The translations under genes and the position numbers were made by a program. 39,797 nucleotides of DNA from Hydrurus foetidus (Eukaryota), in NCBI GenBank assembly GCA_900617105.1, contig UYFQ01000493.1, positions 1-39,797 on the forward strand, read 5' to 3'. Shown here piece after piece: positions 8,808 through 21,384 of this stretch. The notes below the pieces were generated by a model. It was not told the DNA's origin, did not search any database, and saw nothing but the letters and a program-made list of their open reading frames with translations. Every line of letters starts with the position of its first letter. Position 1 is the stretch's first letter.

Positions 8808-10092
8808 TTACATCTTGCTTTTATTTTTTTGGATAAAAATATCACGTTGGTGTTCAGTAAATGACAGAAATTGCTGAACAGCAGAGGGGCTATCAGCAAA
8901 CAATGTGATAAATTCCATCGACTCTAAGTCGGTAAGGCCAAAGCTGAATCGGTCCTCGAAAATTTTGATCACCTTATCGTAGGGAGACATCCGGCTATGA
9001 AAGCCCTCCTGGGAGGCGATGATCTGGCGAATGAGCTCTGGTACAACGCCTTCTGACTTTGTCTTGAGCTTCTTCACGAAGGGACGCACAGTGGAGGGCT
9101 GTGGGACAATCGATGAAAATGTCTTGAGTGCAGATTCTGCGGGAGGTGGTGTCTTTGGGGCCTCCATGACGACGTCGATGGGGACGTCTGCATCATGAGA
9201 ACGTCCAACTGTGATGATAGGGACGTCGTCGGAAGTTTTCGGTGCGATAGAGCTCATGGAACGCTTAACTCCAATCGAAGATGTGGTGTACTGACCAGTT
9301 GCTACATCGCCTTAAAAATACAGGAGTGAGATGGTCGGTCGATCGGTCGGCGAGTAAGTCAGTCAGCAGGTCGGTCGGTCGGTCGGTCGGCCAGTAAATC
9401 AGTCAGCAGGTCGGTCGGTCGGTCGGTCGGTCGGTCGGTCGGTCGGTCGGTCGGTCGGTCGGTCGGTCGGTCGGTCGGTCGGTCGGTCGGTCGGTCAGTT
9501 GGTCAATGTAAGTGGTGTCGAATAAAATAGAACAAGAAAAGTGTGAGGCTTTCTGCAGAGTAGAGTCAAGTTTCTTAAGGAGATATTGAAAGAAACACTC
9601 ACGTCCAAAGAGCTCCAGAAGTTCTTCGTAGAATGCCAGCGGAGCATTTGCGAACTGCACGGCTCCGCTGTGACTAGCATAGTAGGTATTCAACACACTT
9701 GGTGCCGCCGTTACCACGCCTCGAGCATCAACGCCAAATCCGCTTTGAGTTGCGTAATGGTGAAATGTTGTCAAGTTACGCTTCAGAGCGGCGACTTGGG
9801 TCTTCAACATAAGCTTCGTGTATGCCAGCCCTACAGAGTTGAAAGTCGAACTGTCATTAGAGTTGCTGAAAAACTGTGAAGCTAGGCGTTCTTGGCTACA
9901 TGAAAATCAGTGAGACTCTCCTGTAGCGGCGTGAAAGTCCTTCACAACGAGCAACCACTTCTTTTTGTCATTAAGAAGGTCGTTGCACCTCCCACCAGAA
10001 TGCATGGTGAGGGTTTCGATGAGAACTCTCTTGTTGACATCTGTCCAGTTCGCAGTTGGTTCTTTCTTTTTTTGGTCGCCTGTAGAAGTCAT
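8808..10092 (-). CDS. Harbinger Myb/SANT-like DNA-binding protein; three exons 10092-9921, 9830-9603, 9310-8808
   Basis: ANWTDVNKRVLIE..KKKW..TGLAYTKLMLK, SGFG and FYEELLELFGRDVATG. Intron 2 is GTGAGT...AAG and keeps frame; the intron 1 donor reads GAGAGT. Confidence 0.75.
9369..9496. repeat. (GGTC)n microsatellite (a short run plus a ~22-copy run) in intron 2 of the Myb-like gene
   Basis: Directly visible; it produces the spurious PTDR repeats in ORF 9403-9810. Confidence 0.97.
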
Positions 10093-10694
10093 GGTGACGG
10101 GTAATGAATTGTTGTAGAGTGGAGTATGTTCGCGCCTAAAAATGCATGTGAATTTGACGGCAGCGTTCGGTAACTCACTTCGAGAACGCGACGAAGCTGC
10201 AGTGTCCAGAATTCTTGTAAAAGATGTTCTTCGAAAGAAGTGAACTTTTAAGGATTCAGGACGCTTCAGAAGTATTACCGAACAGCGGTTCTAGGAAAAT
10301 GAAAGATATTCCAGAATCGGAGGGGAAATGGTGAGATATTCACGTTTTTCTCGATTACCGAACGCACCCATGGTCGGTAGGCTTCAGCAGCGGCTCTATA
10401 CCGAAATATACCGACTGTACCGGAATATCCGGATGGTAGATGGTAGCGGAAGATTCCGCAATGAAATTAAATCGAGCAGCAAATGCGGGCACCGGGGCAC
10501 AAGCGTACGCACGACGAAGTCACCGTGCTGTATGAATGTTCCACAGGTTTCCCATCTCAATTCATGACAGGGCACAAGATGTCGAGTTTCAGGACGAGTT
10601 GAGTTATGGAAGAAGTTGAGACGAAAAGGAAAAGGATATCTTAAGAGAGTCTTACTAAACTTGGAATTCTGACGAGGAGCAATTGGTTACAGAT

Positions 10695-12882
10695 ATGAAT
10701 TTCGGTCAATTTGCCGCGTCAACCCAGTTTTATTTGTTTGGTAAGAATCACTGCACCAGAACGGGATGGGAGAGAGCTGTTCTGAAGTACGCAAAACCAG
10801 ATATTGTTGAGGAGTCCATGCGCACATTGGCCGGGCGAGTTTACCTCGTAACGGGTGCGAATACAGGGATAGGGAAGGAAATTACCACACATTTGGCCAA
10901 GAAAGGAGCCACAGTTTATATGGTATGCAGAAATTTGGAAAAAGCTGAGAAGGCGAGACAAGAGATCATCAGCAAGTCGAACAGTCCTTCCGTGCATGTC
11001 CTCCAGTGCGACTGCAGTCTCGAGTCGGACGTACGAAAACTATGGGCAGACTTCGAGACTGCTCAAAAAGCCATACCAGCCACAAGCACTACTGAGAAGA
11101 AAGTTCGACTTGACGGTATCGTTTGCAACGCTGGCGCCCTTCTCAACGAGAAAACTCTGACGTCTGAAGGCGTTGAGGTACGAAAAACTCTGTTTAATTA
11201 TTACCATTCGCAGCTAACTGCTCAAATGTTATTTGACGACCAGGTGACTTTCGCTGCACATCTGTTGTATGGGACATATCTTCTTGGTTCCCTCGCGATG
11301 GAAACGCTTGAAGCGACGGAAGATTCAAGATTCATCGTAGTGTCTAGGTACAGTGGCGGTAACAATGTCACTGAATTTCACACACAACTTCTAATAACAT
11401 AGAACTGATGAACATGCATCTTCGCTTCCTGTCTTGAGCAGCGGAGGAATGTACAACACAAAATTTCCTGTTTGGGAAGATGCCACTTCTACTGGTAACA
11501 AGAAATATGACGGTCAATTTGCGTATGCGTATGCGAAGAGGGGCCAGGTTTTACTTTGTGAAAGATGGGCTGTAGAACATCCGAAGGTATCAGTAAATGT
11601 CAAGAGCTGAATGCACTGCAGCATGATTCCATCTTGAAATTCAAGAATCAATTCAAACCATCAAACTATCTCTTCTGCGACATAGGTAAAAGTGGTTTCG
11701 TGTCATCCTGGCTGGACCCTCACCGAAGGTGTCGAAGCAGCATACGGCGAGAAAAAGAGTTATTTGGAGGTACAGAACCCTGAAGAGGAATTGTATAATT
11801 GATTCACAATCGGGAGCGGACTTCGTTATTTGGTTGTCTGCAGATTTATTGTAACTCAAGAATATTGTGTAACTTGTGACTATTCCCTGTCTCCAATAAC
11901 TGATGTGTGCAGCCGCTTAGAACTCTCTGGCAAGGGGCGGAAGGAATAATCTGGCTATGTATGGCAGAAGGGAAGGACATCAAGTCTGGAGAATTCTATT
12001 TAGACCGTTCAACACAGCCGAAGCACATGGCAGGTAACCTATCAGTCACTTACAGAATGTAAACTGCGGTAATGATATCCATACAGACTCCCTGAAATAT
12101 TCATTCTCTTATTTTTCGTAGGTGCTTTTTTTACTGAGGGTAGTTTCACTAAGAACACAGCCTCTGAAATTGACTACATGATGTCACAACTCAAGAAATG
12201 GTCAAGTGGAGACAAGCCCACAGTTGAAGAGTCAGCCCAACTAGCATCTCTGAAGCTGCCTCTTACTGGTACTCCTGTACCAGTGGACATACCGAAATTC
12301 ATGGGGAAGTGGTTTGTGATGGCCAACATCCCCTTGTACCTGGAGGTGGGTGCTTCCAACTGCGTTGAGAACTACACATGGAACAAGGAAGCACAGTCTA
12401 TCGAAGTTCTGTTTGAGTTCGTTGCCAAGGGAGGATCTCCTGCAGCACCAAAGTCGACATCAGAGATGCGTGCCAAAATAGCGAATAATCCTGTCAACTC
12501 TTTCTGGACTCTCAATCCAAAGATCTTGGGCATTTACTTACCTCTTGGCTTATCTTATCTCGTGCTTGATGTTGCTGAGGACGGCTCCTACGCTCTTGTT
12601 GGTGTTCCTGACCGCCAAAACCTCTGGGTTCTTACACGGTTGAAGCCCACCAAGAAGGCCGGTGGGCCATATCTGAAACCGAAGAATGATTCCGCTGGAA
12701 GCCTAGAAATCAATCCCATGACTGCCGCATCAGACAATTCTCTGCCTTGCGTCAGCGCTGCACGTGAAATATTCGAACTTGATGCCGATATGGAGGGTGC
12801 GATTATGCGAAGAGCGTTGGCGAAGGCAGCTGACTTGGGTTACGATGTCAACAAGGTGTTGTCAATTGAGTGGACAGAATGA
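10695..12882 (+). CDS. DHRS12-like short-chain dehydrogenase/reductase fused to a C-terminal lipocalin (Blc-like) domain; exons 10695-11177, 11244-11347, 11442-11586, 11686-11769, 11913-12033, 12122-12882
   Basis: SDR motifs TGANTGIG, CNAG, VSSGGMY, YAYAKR, HPGW and FYLDR; last exon has VDIPKFMGKWFVMANIP...YALVGVPDRQNLWVLTR (lipocalin). All five GT-AG junctions keep frame. Confidence 0.88.
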
Positions 12883-14226
12883 GCACCCCTTCTTTGCTCT
12901 CGCCATTTTTCCGCTGTCCACCTCACCAAACTGTACGCTTGCTATCTCAAGAGCTGGTCGCTCTAGCTGTGCAAAGTAACTTTTTTTCCTTCATTAATAT
13001 TACATGTGCGACTGCCTTCGATGCCCTGCACTTTTGGTAGCTTCAACTTGGCGGAGCTGTCACAGCAAGAAAGTATTAGCTTTTGATAAACCATGTCACA
13101 GACTGACTGTGAAGTATTACGCTTCAGCAAATGGATCCGTTTAATCAAGCTCGTCTATTAGCGTTTCGTGAAAGTTCTTAATGTGTGACTTTTCGGGTGA
13201 GGATGACTCCTTTGTTATTCGAATACGTAGTAAAGACAATTTATTTGTTCTCATTAACCTTGTCTTTTCCAAGGAAGAACAGCGATCCTAATAGACAGCG
13301 ACGCTGCCGCAGATTTTAAAAGCGAGATCGCATTGCTGCTACTAGCACAGTAAAAAAATTAGGCTTCATGTCAAAATCAATTAAAATTGTCTTTTTCTAG
13401 ACGAGATGATACTTCTTGTCGCTCTACAGAAGTTAAAAGCGCCGGTCGCTGCATCGTTGAAACTGGCATATTACTCAATTTACCATAAAGCGACCCGAAA
13501 AATTGAGTACGACGTATGACTGTTCATATCTATGGTGTGCGTTAAAATGAACGCTCGCTGTTAAAAGTAATTAAAAAGGATTGATCAATAGAATATTTGG
13601 TGAAAAAAAGTAACGACGTTATAATTAAAAAAATATTATCATGGCATAGATAGTTCTAATTACATATATTATAGTTTGCATTAAGCGTAGCAAAATCATG
13701 CAATTTATTAGGATACTGCAAATTTATTTAAAAAATAGAACATGACAGCTAACTGTAAATGTTAGAGAGGACCTACCTGATCCTGTAAATTAAAAGTCAT
13801 CAATAGCACCCTCTTGATCTATGCAATGTTCTACTCGCTTCTGATATGTAGACTGGACAAAAGAAACAGTAATAATTTTTTTTAGATAATCAAAAGTGTA
13901 CTGTTTTTTTTCGTTACAAATAATTTTAAATTGTAAAGAAGAAAAGACACCTTGTTGTAGAGCACCCCTAAATCAGCTCTTTTGTCGAGGTTTCCTCTAC
14001 TCCAAATAGAAAAACCTTCATGCAACTGGGTGACCCAGCAGTTTATTTTTATTTTATATTGTAAGGTGACGATGTTCCCAAAGGGATAAAGTTACACTAT
14101 ATCCGACAGTGGACATTCCAATTCGAACGCATAACGCATAGTACCCCGTAGTAATCCGTGACGTACCTCTTAGCAGCAGCGGGCAGATCAGTTTACTGTG
14201 CAAGAAAGGGGACTGTGTCGTGGATT

Positions 14227-17200
14227 ATGTCGAAAGCAGCTGATAACGGGGCGTGTGTGAGTGAGCTTGACAAATGGCTGAAGCGATTTGGTGCATGGAA
14301 TACAAAAAGAACTAAGGCGACATGCAGTATCTTCTCAATTCCTAACAAACTACTGTGTAACCAGTTCGTCGAAGTAGAGTCTGCAGTGACTGTCCCCATA
14401 ACAGTTTCAAGCACGCATCAATCAAGCACTACTGATGAGAAAGGCCTCACCTGCCGTGCTTGCAACGTGATATTTCCAGATCATTTTGAGCAGCAACAGC
14501 ATTTCAAGTCCGACTTGCATCGAATAAATCTTGTGAGAAATCTGGCCGGCAAGGAACCTTTTAAAGAATTAAGTAACGAAGAGCCTGAGTCCGGCAGCAG
14601 TACATCTGAGGGCGGGAGAGGAGTGCACTTCGCGGAGAATGAGGGGGACAGCAGTGGCAGTGATGAGGAGGATGATTTAATCTATACAGCTGCTGATTTT
14701 TTCGATCAGGGTCAGAGCGACGATGAGCGAGATGAAAACGTAGCTCAACGTAGGATTGAGTACGTCACTGATGAAGGTGTCGCTAGAAAGTATATTTCGA
14801 AGCAAGATGGGCCACAGTATCTGTTCTCACCAAGAACAGATAATTCGTGGGATATATCAGTGTCAGTGGGAGTCCTCCACGAAACCACAAATGTGGACTC
14901 TTATCGCGTGGAGCCCTGGAGCTTGCTCTCGAAAGCAGTTCACAGAGTTCAAGGTGAGTTGAAACTGGACCCTCCTCTCATTGAACTTCTTTTCTCACAG
15001 AAATTCACCTGTGTCGTGCGTGTCTCAGTAGTAACAGCCTGTATCGTATAGTCCCTGTGTGACAAAATTTTCTCATTATTCTCTTATTCTTTCACTATTC
15101 CGATTCCTTACAGATAAGAGAGGGTCGATGTGGTGCGTTCTAATTCTTCGAAGTGGAAAATTTGCAGGAGCTATCTTCGACGGCCACACAATACTGACGC
15201 ATAAGGTAAATACCAGCAGATTTTATTGTGATACCTGCTGCGTCGATGACTTAGATGCCCATAAACCAATCTAATGTGCCGTGTGTACTGATCTACGTAG
15301 CTGTAAGCATATGAAATTTCAACGCATTTCATAGTATATTCGGATTCCGACAAGTTGAGCGGAAGATAAGATAAGATGAGATAAGATGCGTCATCACAGC
15401 TTACAGATGAGAATAAGTCAATCACTGGACACTATCACTCACTTCAACTACAGGTGCTGAGGCGCTACACAGTGAGAGCAAAGGCAGGTGGCAGTCAGTC
15501 ATCCCATGACGGCCAAGGGAAGAACGCCAAGTCAGTCGGAGCGATGCTGAGACGCTATGGAGAGCAAGCGCTCACAGAGGATGTCAGGGCTTTGCTGAAA
15601 GACTGGAGTGCGCACCTCCAGAGCTGCAGCGCTGTGTTTTTATCGTGTCCCAAGACAATGCGATCTGTGATATTCGAGGAGGGGCTGAAGGAGAAGGAAA
15701 CCCCTCTGAGAAGAACCGACCCACGGGTCAGACTGGTGCCCTTCATGGTGGGTTATGATTCATCCTCACTCCGAAGTGTTTTATGCTACTGACTATTTGA
15801 TGTTGCTGCCAATGCTCTTATTACATGCAATTGACACCCCACCACTGTGCCGCATTACATCGTATCATGTCTTATTATATCGTTGCAGGTGAAGAGACCG
15901 ACATTTGAGGAGGTAAAGCAAATACACACTCGGCTCTCGACAATCTCATTCCATCCTCGCGGGTCTCTGGATGCGCCTCCCACAGAGAACACACATGATG
16001 GTCCATCCAGCATCAATATAGACGACGTAGCTGCGAAGAGAATAGCCGTTGAACTGGCTCCTGCCCCACAGCTGCCCAATTGCAGACAATCTAAGCGACT
16101 GTTTATCACTGCTGCTGCTGGCGATTTAGATCAACTGAAGTTACTATTAGAAGACATCAACAGGGATGATATTGTGTATCTCCTGCCTGAAAGCAGCACA
16201 GAACACTCCTCTATTTTCTCTCCATCGGAGGTGTTAATCTCACAGGCAGAGGCAGATGAGAAAGCGAAGGTGGACAATGAGAGCGATTTATGGGATCTGA
16301 AGGACGTGTTGAACATGCCGGAAACGCTAGAGGGAATGAGTACGTGTCTGCACATGGCATCTGAGCGAGGTGAGAGTGTAATATATCTGCTCTTACAGAC
16401 CTCGCACATCAAGGACTGAAGGGACTGTCATTTCCTGCACCACTATTAGGATTGGCCTCTGTAGTTTCGTTGCTACTAGCTGCTGGAGCGGATCCAACAC
16501 GACTGGACGTCAGGTACTCATCACATAGACTCGTATCATACTGTCCAGATGAGATGCACGTGACCAGTGACTTTGGAGAAGTGAAGAGTTGCTATCCACT
16601 GCTATAATCGATAGTGCCGCTCACTTTTTCTGTCTTCTTTAAATGCCGCTCTTATCCTTTCTTCTCTTTTCAGGGGCAGACCTCCTTACTTCTTGGCGAA
16701 GACTAAAGAAGTCAGAGACGCCTTCAGGAGAGCCAGAGTGAGTGCTGAAGGTGAGGACTTTCTCTCCTCATACCACCGCTATTTGCTGAGCTTACTTTAC
16801 ATGACATTTTGTAAGCTACCAGAGTACCTTACATTTAAAAAGAGAGTGTCTATGAGCATCAGTGTTCGATGTTCGATTTCTATTGATATTGATATCAGCG
16901 TATTTGAGGGGTGTAGAAATGTGCTGATCAGCAACACAAATATTTCAAACACGTTCTATTTCCACATTTCATGTACCCTTCATTGCAGAGCTGTTTGCGT
17001 GGGATGCTGCGGGCGTGCCCGCTGCTCTGACAGGTGCGATCACAGAGTCATAAAACGCTGTCAAGAAAAACATTCTTAAACTTTCCAGTAATCATATTAC
17101 CTCACTGTTTTTTTTACTCATTTTAGAGGAAATGGAACAAGCGCAGCGTGATAAAGAAAAAGAAAAGAAAAAGAGGTCGAAAGCCAACAAGAAGGCGAAG

Positions 17201-17567
17201 GACGAAAAGGATGCTCAGACAGCAGCTCAAGCGGCACTGGATAAAGTAGCACAAAAAGCGGAAGCTGTGAGGGATTCAGCAAATCGAGCGGTGAGTAATC
17301 AAAGAAAACACTGCAGTCTTGTCTACGTAGTGTGCACCTTGCGACTGGTATATACGCATCATCTCCACCCCCTCTTTCTTACTCTCTTGCTCTTCTTGCG
17401 CTGTGCAGGCGATGGCAGGTGTGTGTGCCCAGTGCGGTAAGAGTCTGCACGGCGTGAAAGCCCTGGACGTGTTCGACAGGCGATGCTGCTCCTCCGCCTG
17501 TGTGCTGCTGCTCAGGAGAGAGCTAGCTGCTAGAGCTGCGGAGAACAGAACGGCCACCAAAGCGTAA
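14227..17567 (+). CDS. ANKZF1: ANKZF1/Vms1-like protein (ribosome quality-control tRNA endonuclease), multi-exon
   Basis: C2H2 finger CRAC..HFKSDLHRINL; VLRF1 domain LRSGKFAGAIF..RRYTVRAKAGGSQS; ankyrin repeat CLHMASERG..LLLAAGADP; coiled coil; C-terminal CAQCGK..CCSSAC finger. Confidence 0.9.
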
Positions 17568-17760
17568 CCACCGCAGTGAGTGAAAATTTCATTGATATCA
17601 TGTCAGACCGAATGCTTTGGGGGATCGAGAGATCGGTGCCTGAACATGTGCAGTAGCATTCTAGTCAGCAGACATCTCTCTGGTCCTAAATTGTATCACG
17701 TCAGACTGAGGAGTCCGTTTCAAGCAGAGGTAATGGTTCCCAGTACGAGTCATCTTGACA

Positions 17761-20075
17761 TCAAGGGATCAGCTCGATTCCAGCTGTGCTTGGGTTAACC
17801 AGAGCAGTCTCTGTCAGAGTGACTTCCTCCTCAAGAACATCGAGGCCAAAGAGAACGCGTCCAAGAGGAGTCACGCAAGAGAGCGAGTCCGATATCTCCA
17901 TCTCCCTCTTGACGGCCACTGCCCTCCTCATCAGTCGGGACGGAGCAGACACACTAAGAGGAGGCACTGACTCCTCGCAGCTAATACCGCCCCCAACTAC
18001 TGCATCCCCGCTGTTCCCCTCATTACTACTGCCTCCTTCAGCCGGGAATGATTTGCTGCGTGGGAATGCTTTGAGGAACTGTGCCATGCGACAAGAGGAC
18101 GAGGTGTTCGGTGCGCTGCCGTGGAACATTGTTTGGTCCCAGACCAGGACAGAGCCCTGCATGGAATGAAAGGGATGTGAGCCGGGGACAATCTGTTAGA
18201 GAGAGGGCTGTCTGTAAAACCACTTTCTAAGTCCATCTACATCAAGGCGCAGACTTCAACGCAGGTCGATTCACAATATCGCTGCTAACCTCTCTCATAG
18301 GCACTCTCTGTGCCAGAGCCAGCAAGGCCGTCTCTTCATCACCAGTGCTTACGTTGCTTCGCACGTTGGGTTGTTGCTGCTTCTTTTGCTTCTGCTTTTT
18401 GGTGACGAATTTCCTTCCACCTGCACCATACGTGCCTGAAACCGCATCATCTGCATCAACCCCTGGACTAACGGGCACATTGGTATCGATACCAGCATCT
18501 GCCGAATCAGCTCCAACTATTTTACTTTCTTTATTTTGCTTTTTTTCAAAGGTTAGGAAGGGCACTTTGTTTCTAAGATGACAGTTATCTGCGCACCACT
18601 GTCTAATGTGCTTGTGGAACTTTGGCACGATGATTGTGCCTCCATCCTCCTCTAGATTGTTAGCAAAGTTGAGCACGCATTGGACGTGTCTGCAGTGAAG
18701 TGAGAACATCAGATCATCTCCTCAATATGGGATGCAAAAGCAATGAGGCGTCAAATTCTTTCTTGGTAAACATAGACAAGGATGGAGATGACTTCTAGAT
18801 CCTCTACGATGCGCAATTTGATATCAATTTCAGATCTGTTAAAGTGATAATGTAGCACTATTTCATCCCTCTCCGTGCTTCAGACTCTCCGATCTGATCA
18901 ATAAATGGTCAACACTATCACGACATCTCATTACCTGCCCATGCACTCTACTACAAGATTGTTCTCCCGAATGAAGTCCTAACTCGGTGGATCAATTAAT
19001 GGAGACAAGTGCTTGTGTTAGATGCAGTAATCTATCATGCATAATATATGAAAAAAGTGTTGTTGCAACGGCGTGAAAGATCACAGCTCACAGTCCTGTG
19101 TACCTGTGGGTCATCGTATAGCAGCGAATCCGCTCCTCCGAGGATCGCATCGGAACTCTCAGACCACCACCACGGGTTCATGTCAAGATGCACATTTCGC
19201 TGACCTGGCGATGTAATAGATCTTGAAGATGTTAGAGTAGTGAAGGATGTCTTCAAAGTTGAAGAGGCGAATAGAGTCGACCAATTTCATTCAGAGTATA
19301 TGTGGGTGTATCTGCTATCAAAGAGATCGCTGTGAGTTGTCAGAGATTGATCACCTGTCGAAAATTCCGAGTCACCTTTGCCAACATCATCAACTGCATC
19401 AAGTGATACAGTTGCGCGATAAATCGTGAATCTACGATTAAAACAGAGTTCAATGGCAATGTCAAAGGTCATCGAAGTCTAACGATCTTCATCAATCATT
19501 CGCTGGTAATCGAACCTATCGTGGCTAACCATGAGGTCGGTGACTGGAGTACCCACAAGAGCGGCTAAAATGTTCGCGAGCACTGGATTCTGACGATTCT
19601 GAACTAGTATCTGATCGAAGGATGGACCTCTCGTGGACAGGCCATACTTCCCTACTCCTTTCATGGCGCTCCATGTGGAGATATCGTCTCTATACGAGAG
19701 TTTGCAGCATAAGTATAAGATCAGATTATCTGATAGATATTATGACAATACCAACCTCTGAAATCCCTGATGGGAATCTTCTATAATGCCCCACATCGCA
19801 TCTCTTGATATCTCACACTCTGTCTCTGTGAACACATTTCTGATGACGATAAAGCCATTTTCCTGGAAATAAGATAAGCCTTCGCCATCCCACTCGATGC
19901 AACTTTGGACATCAAAAGAAACGACATATTCAGGATTTGTTAAATCTCGCTGAATAGAATTGTATTGTAAGTTGGCTGTCGTCGGACTCATTGAATTTAA
20001 CGGAGACAGTTGTTGTTCGTACAATTGATTGAGAAGGACTCTTCGAAAGTTCTCATCAGCAGGAAGAATGGACTC
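17761..20075 (-). CDS. Phytanoyl-CoA dioxygenase (PhyH)-like 2OG-Fe(II) oxygenase, multi-exon; 5' end not resolved
   Basis: YFQENGFIVIRNVF; VSHDR; NVHLDMNPW (HxD); VQCVLN..EDGGTIIVPKFH; GSVLVWDQTMFHGSAPN..RMAQFL. Confidence 0.8.
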
Positions 20076-20245
20076 TTATCAGAATGCAACCAAATCGATC
20101 ACGTTGGGCATTCCACAGTTGTATTCACTAACGCACTATATTGCTTTTCGCTTCAAGCTTCAAGCAAGGGTATACTTCATACTTCAAACTTCATACTGAC
20201 GTTTCGACCAAGAAGTTGTCGGTGCAGCTTATTAATGGAAGAGTG

Positions 20246-21329
20246 TGTTGTGATATCCGGATTAGACTAGGATCTTGTACCCTGTGTGATGTCTGATTGT
20301 TTTCATGCACGGGTGTACGTAGAGTGGTTTACCTATTGTTTCTTAAATTTCAATTAAGAGCACACTAAATTTTTTGGGAATACGGATTTAAGTATCAAAA
20401 TCTGTATTCCGTACTTGTAATATCTGTATTCCGTATACGCCTTATGTTATCGTGTATATAGGCTTCATAGGGCCCATATAAGTCATTAATGACAGTTCGG
20501 GATGAAGCGGCGAGAGCGTTTTAGCAATATTGATGAACATGTTAAGATATTACTTATTACTTAAAGAGAGAATGTTGTTACTATGATGAATCAATCATAA
20601 ATATATCATCGCTAGATGCATTATCATAGAACACTTTTAAGCATTTGACGTCAGATTCGGATGGTTCCTCACAGCAATAACAATTTGAATTTTTTACTCT
20701 ATAGTTGATGAAAATTTTTGATCCTTGTCAATGCCCCATGCCTCATGTTCAGCAGCTTACAGTGCACCAAGGTGTGGCCGTATCTAACCGTTTCCGGTAA
20801 AATATTTTACCGGAAACGAGAAAATTTAGCCGGATCCCGTTAAAGTACCGTATAAGGAAATTCGTAAACGGTTATTTGAATACGGATTTTGAACCATTTC
20901 CGTGTATTTCAGCTAATTAATTCTATTTAAGCACAGGGGTAGCACCCAACATTTAGACCCCCCTGGTTTGAAGCCTTTCCAGTCATCAGAAAAAATAAAA
21001 AAACAGCCTACATTTTTCTTCAGACACAGACGAGTTCAAAAACGTACTCAGAATTAGAGTGTGATAAAAACTCCGGGTCCTAGAATTTTTTGAAATCAGG
21101 TGTGCTTATAAAGGTAAACCACTCTACATTCAGCGATAGCATTGACCGCAACCCTCGCACTCATGTTATGCTACCTAGATGTAATCGACAGCATGTCACT
21201 GTCGTTTAATCCAACTTACCGAATAGAACGTCTTCTTCTCTTTTGAGCAAGCGTTGCTAGCAGTCGGAAGTGCAGGGATTGTTTGGGAACTCGGAAGAAA
21301 TTCCGTGTAAATCGCCCAGATTTCCAACA
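20246..21329 (+). repeat. Copia A 5' LTR, interrupted by an 803-bp MITE
   Basis: 20246-20321 plus 21127-21329 matches 26806-27084. Confidence 0.93.
20322..21124. mobile_element. Non-autonomous TIR element (MITE) with TA TSD, a Tc1/mariner-type target
   Basis: 13-bp TIRs GAGTGGTTTACCT and AGGTAAACCACTC, flanked by a duplicated TA; the empty site is visible in the 3' LTR (GTACGTACATTC); no ORF. Confidence 0.93.
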
Positions 21330-21340
21330 TAAACGACAGT
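21330..21340 (+). promoter_or_regulatory. Copia A PBS position, complementary to its own LTR
   Basis: TAAACGACAGT is the exact reverse complement of LTR 21198-21208 ACTGTCGTTTA; no TGG start. Confidence 0.8.
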
Positions 21341-21384
21341 CATCCTTAGATAGATTAGCTAGAAGTTGCAAAAGTTTTGCAAGG

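Larger units (their letters stand above)
7178..10369. mobile_element. PIF/Harbinger DNA transposon with the two-gene autonomous layout
   Basis: 15-bp TIRs GGGTGCGTTCGGTAA (7178-7192) and TTACCGAACGCACCC (10355-10369); 3-bp TSD ATG on both sides; convergent transposase and Myb/SANT-like genes; subterminal TTACCGAAC copies. Confidence 0.95.

Noticed and set aside
9403..9602. Protein with PTDR repeats
   Set aside because: The ORF reads through into an intron containing a (GGTC)n microsatellite.
12883..14157. Element or ncRNA in the AT-rich intergenic region
   Set aside because: No terminal repeats, credible ORF or recognisable RNA fold seen.
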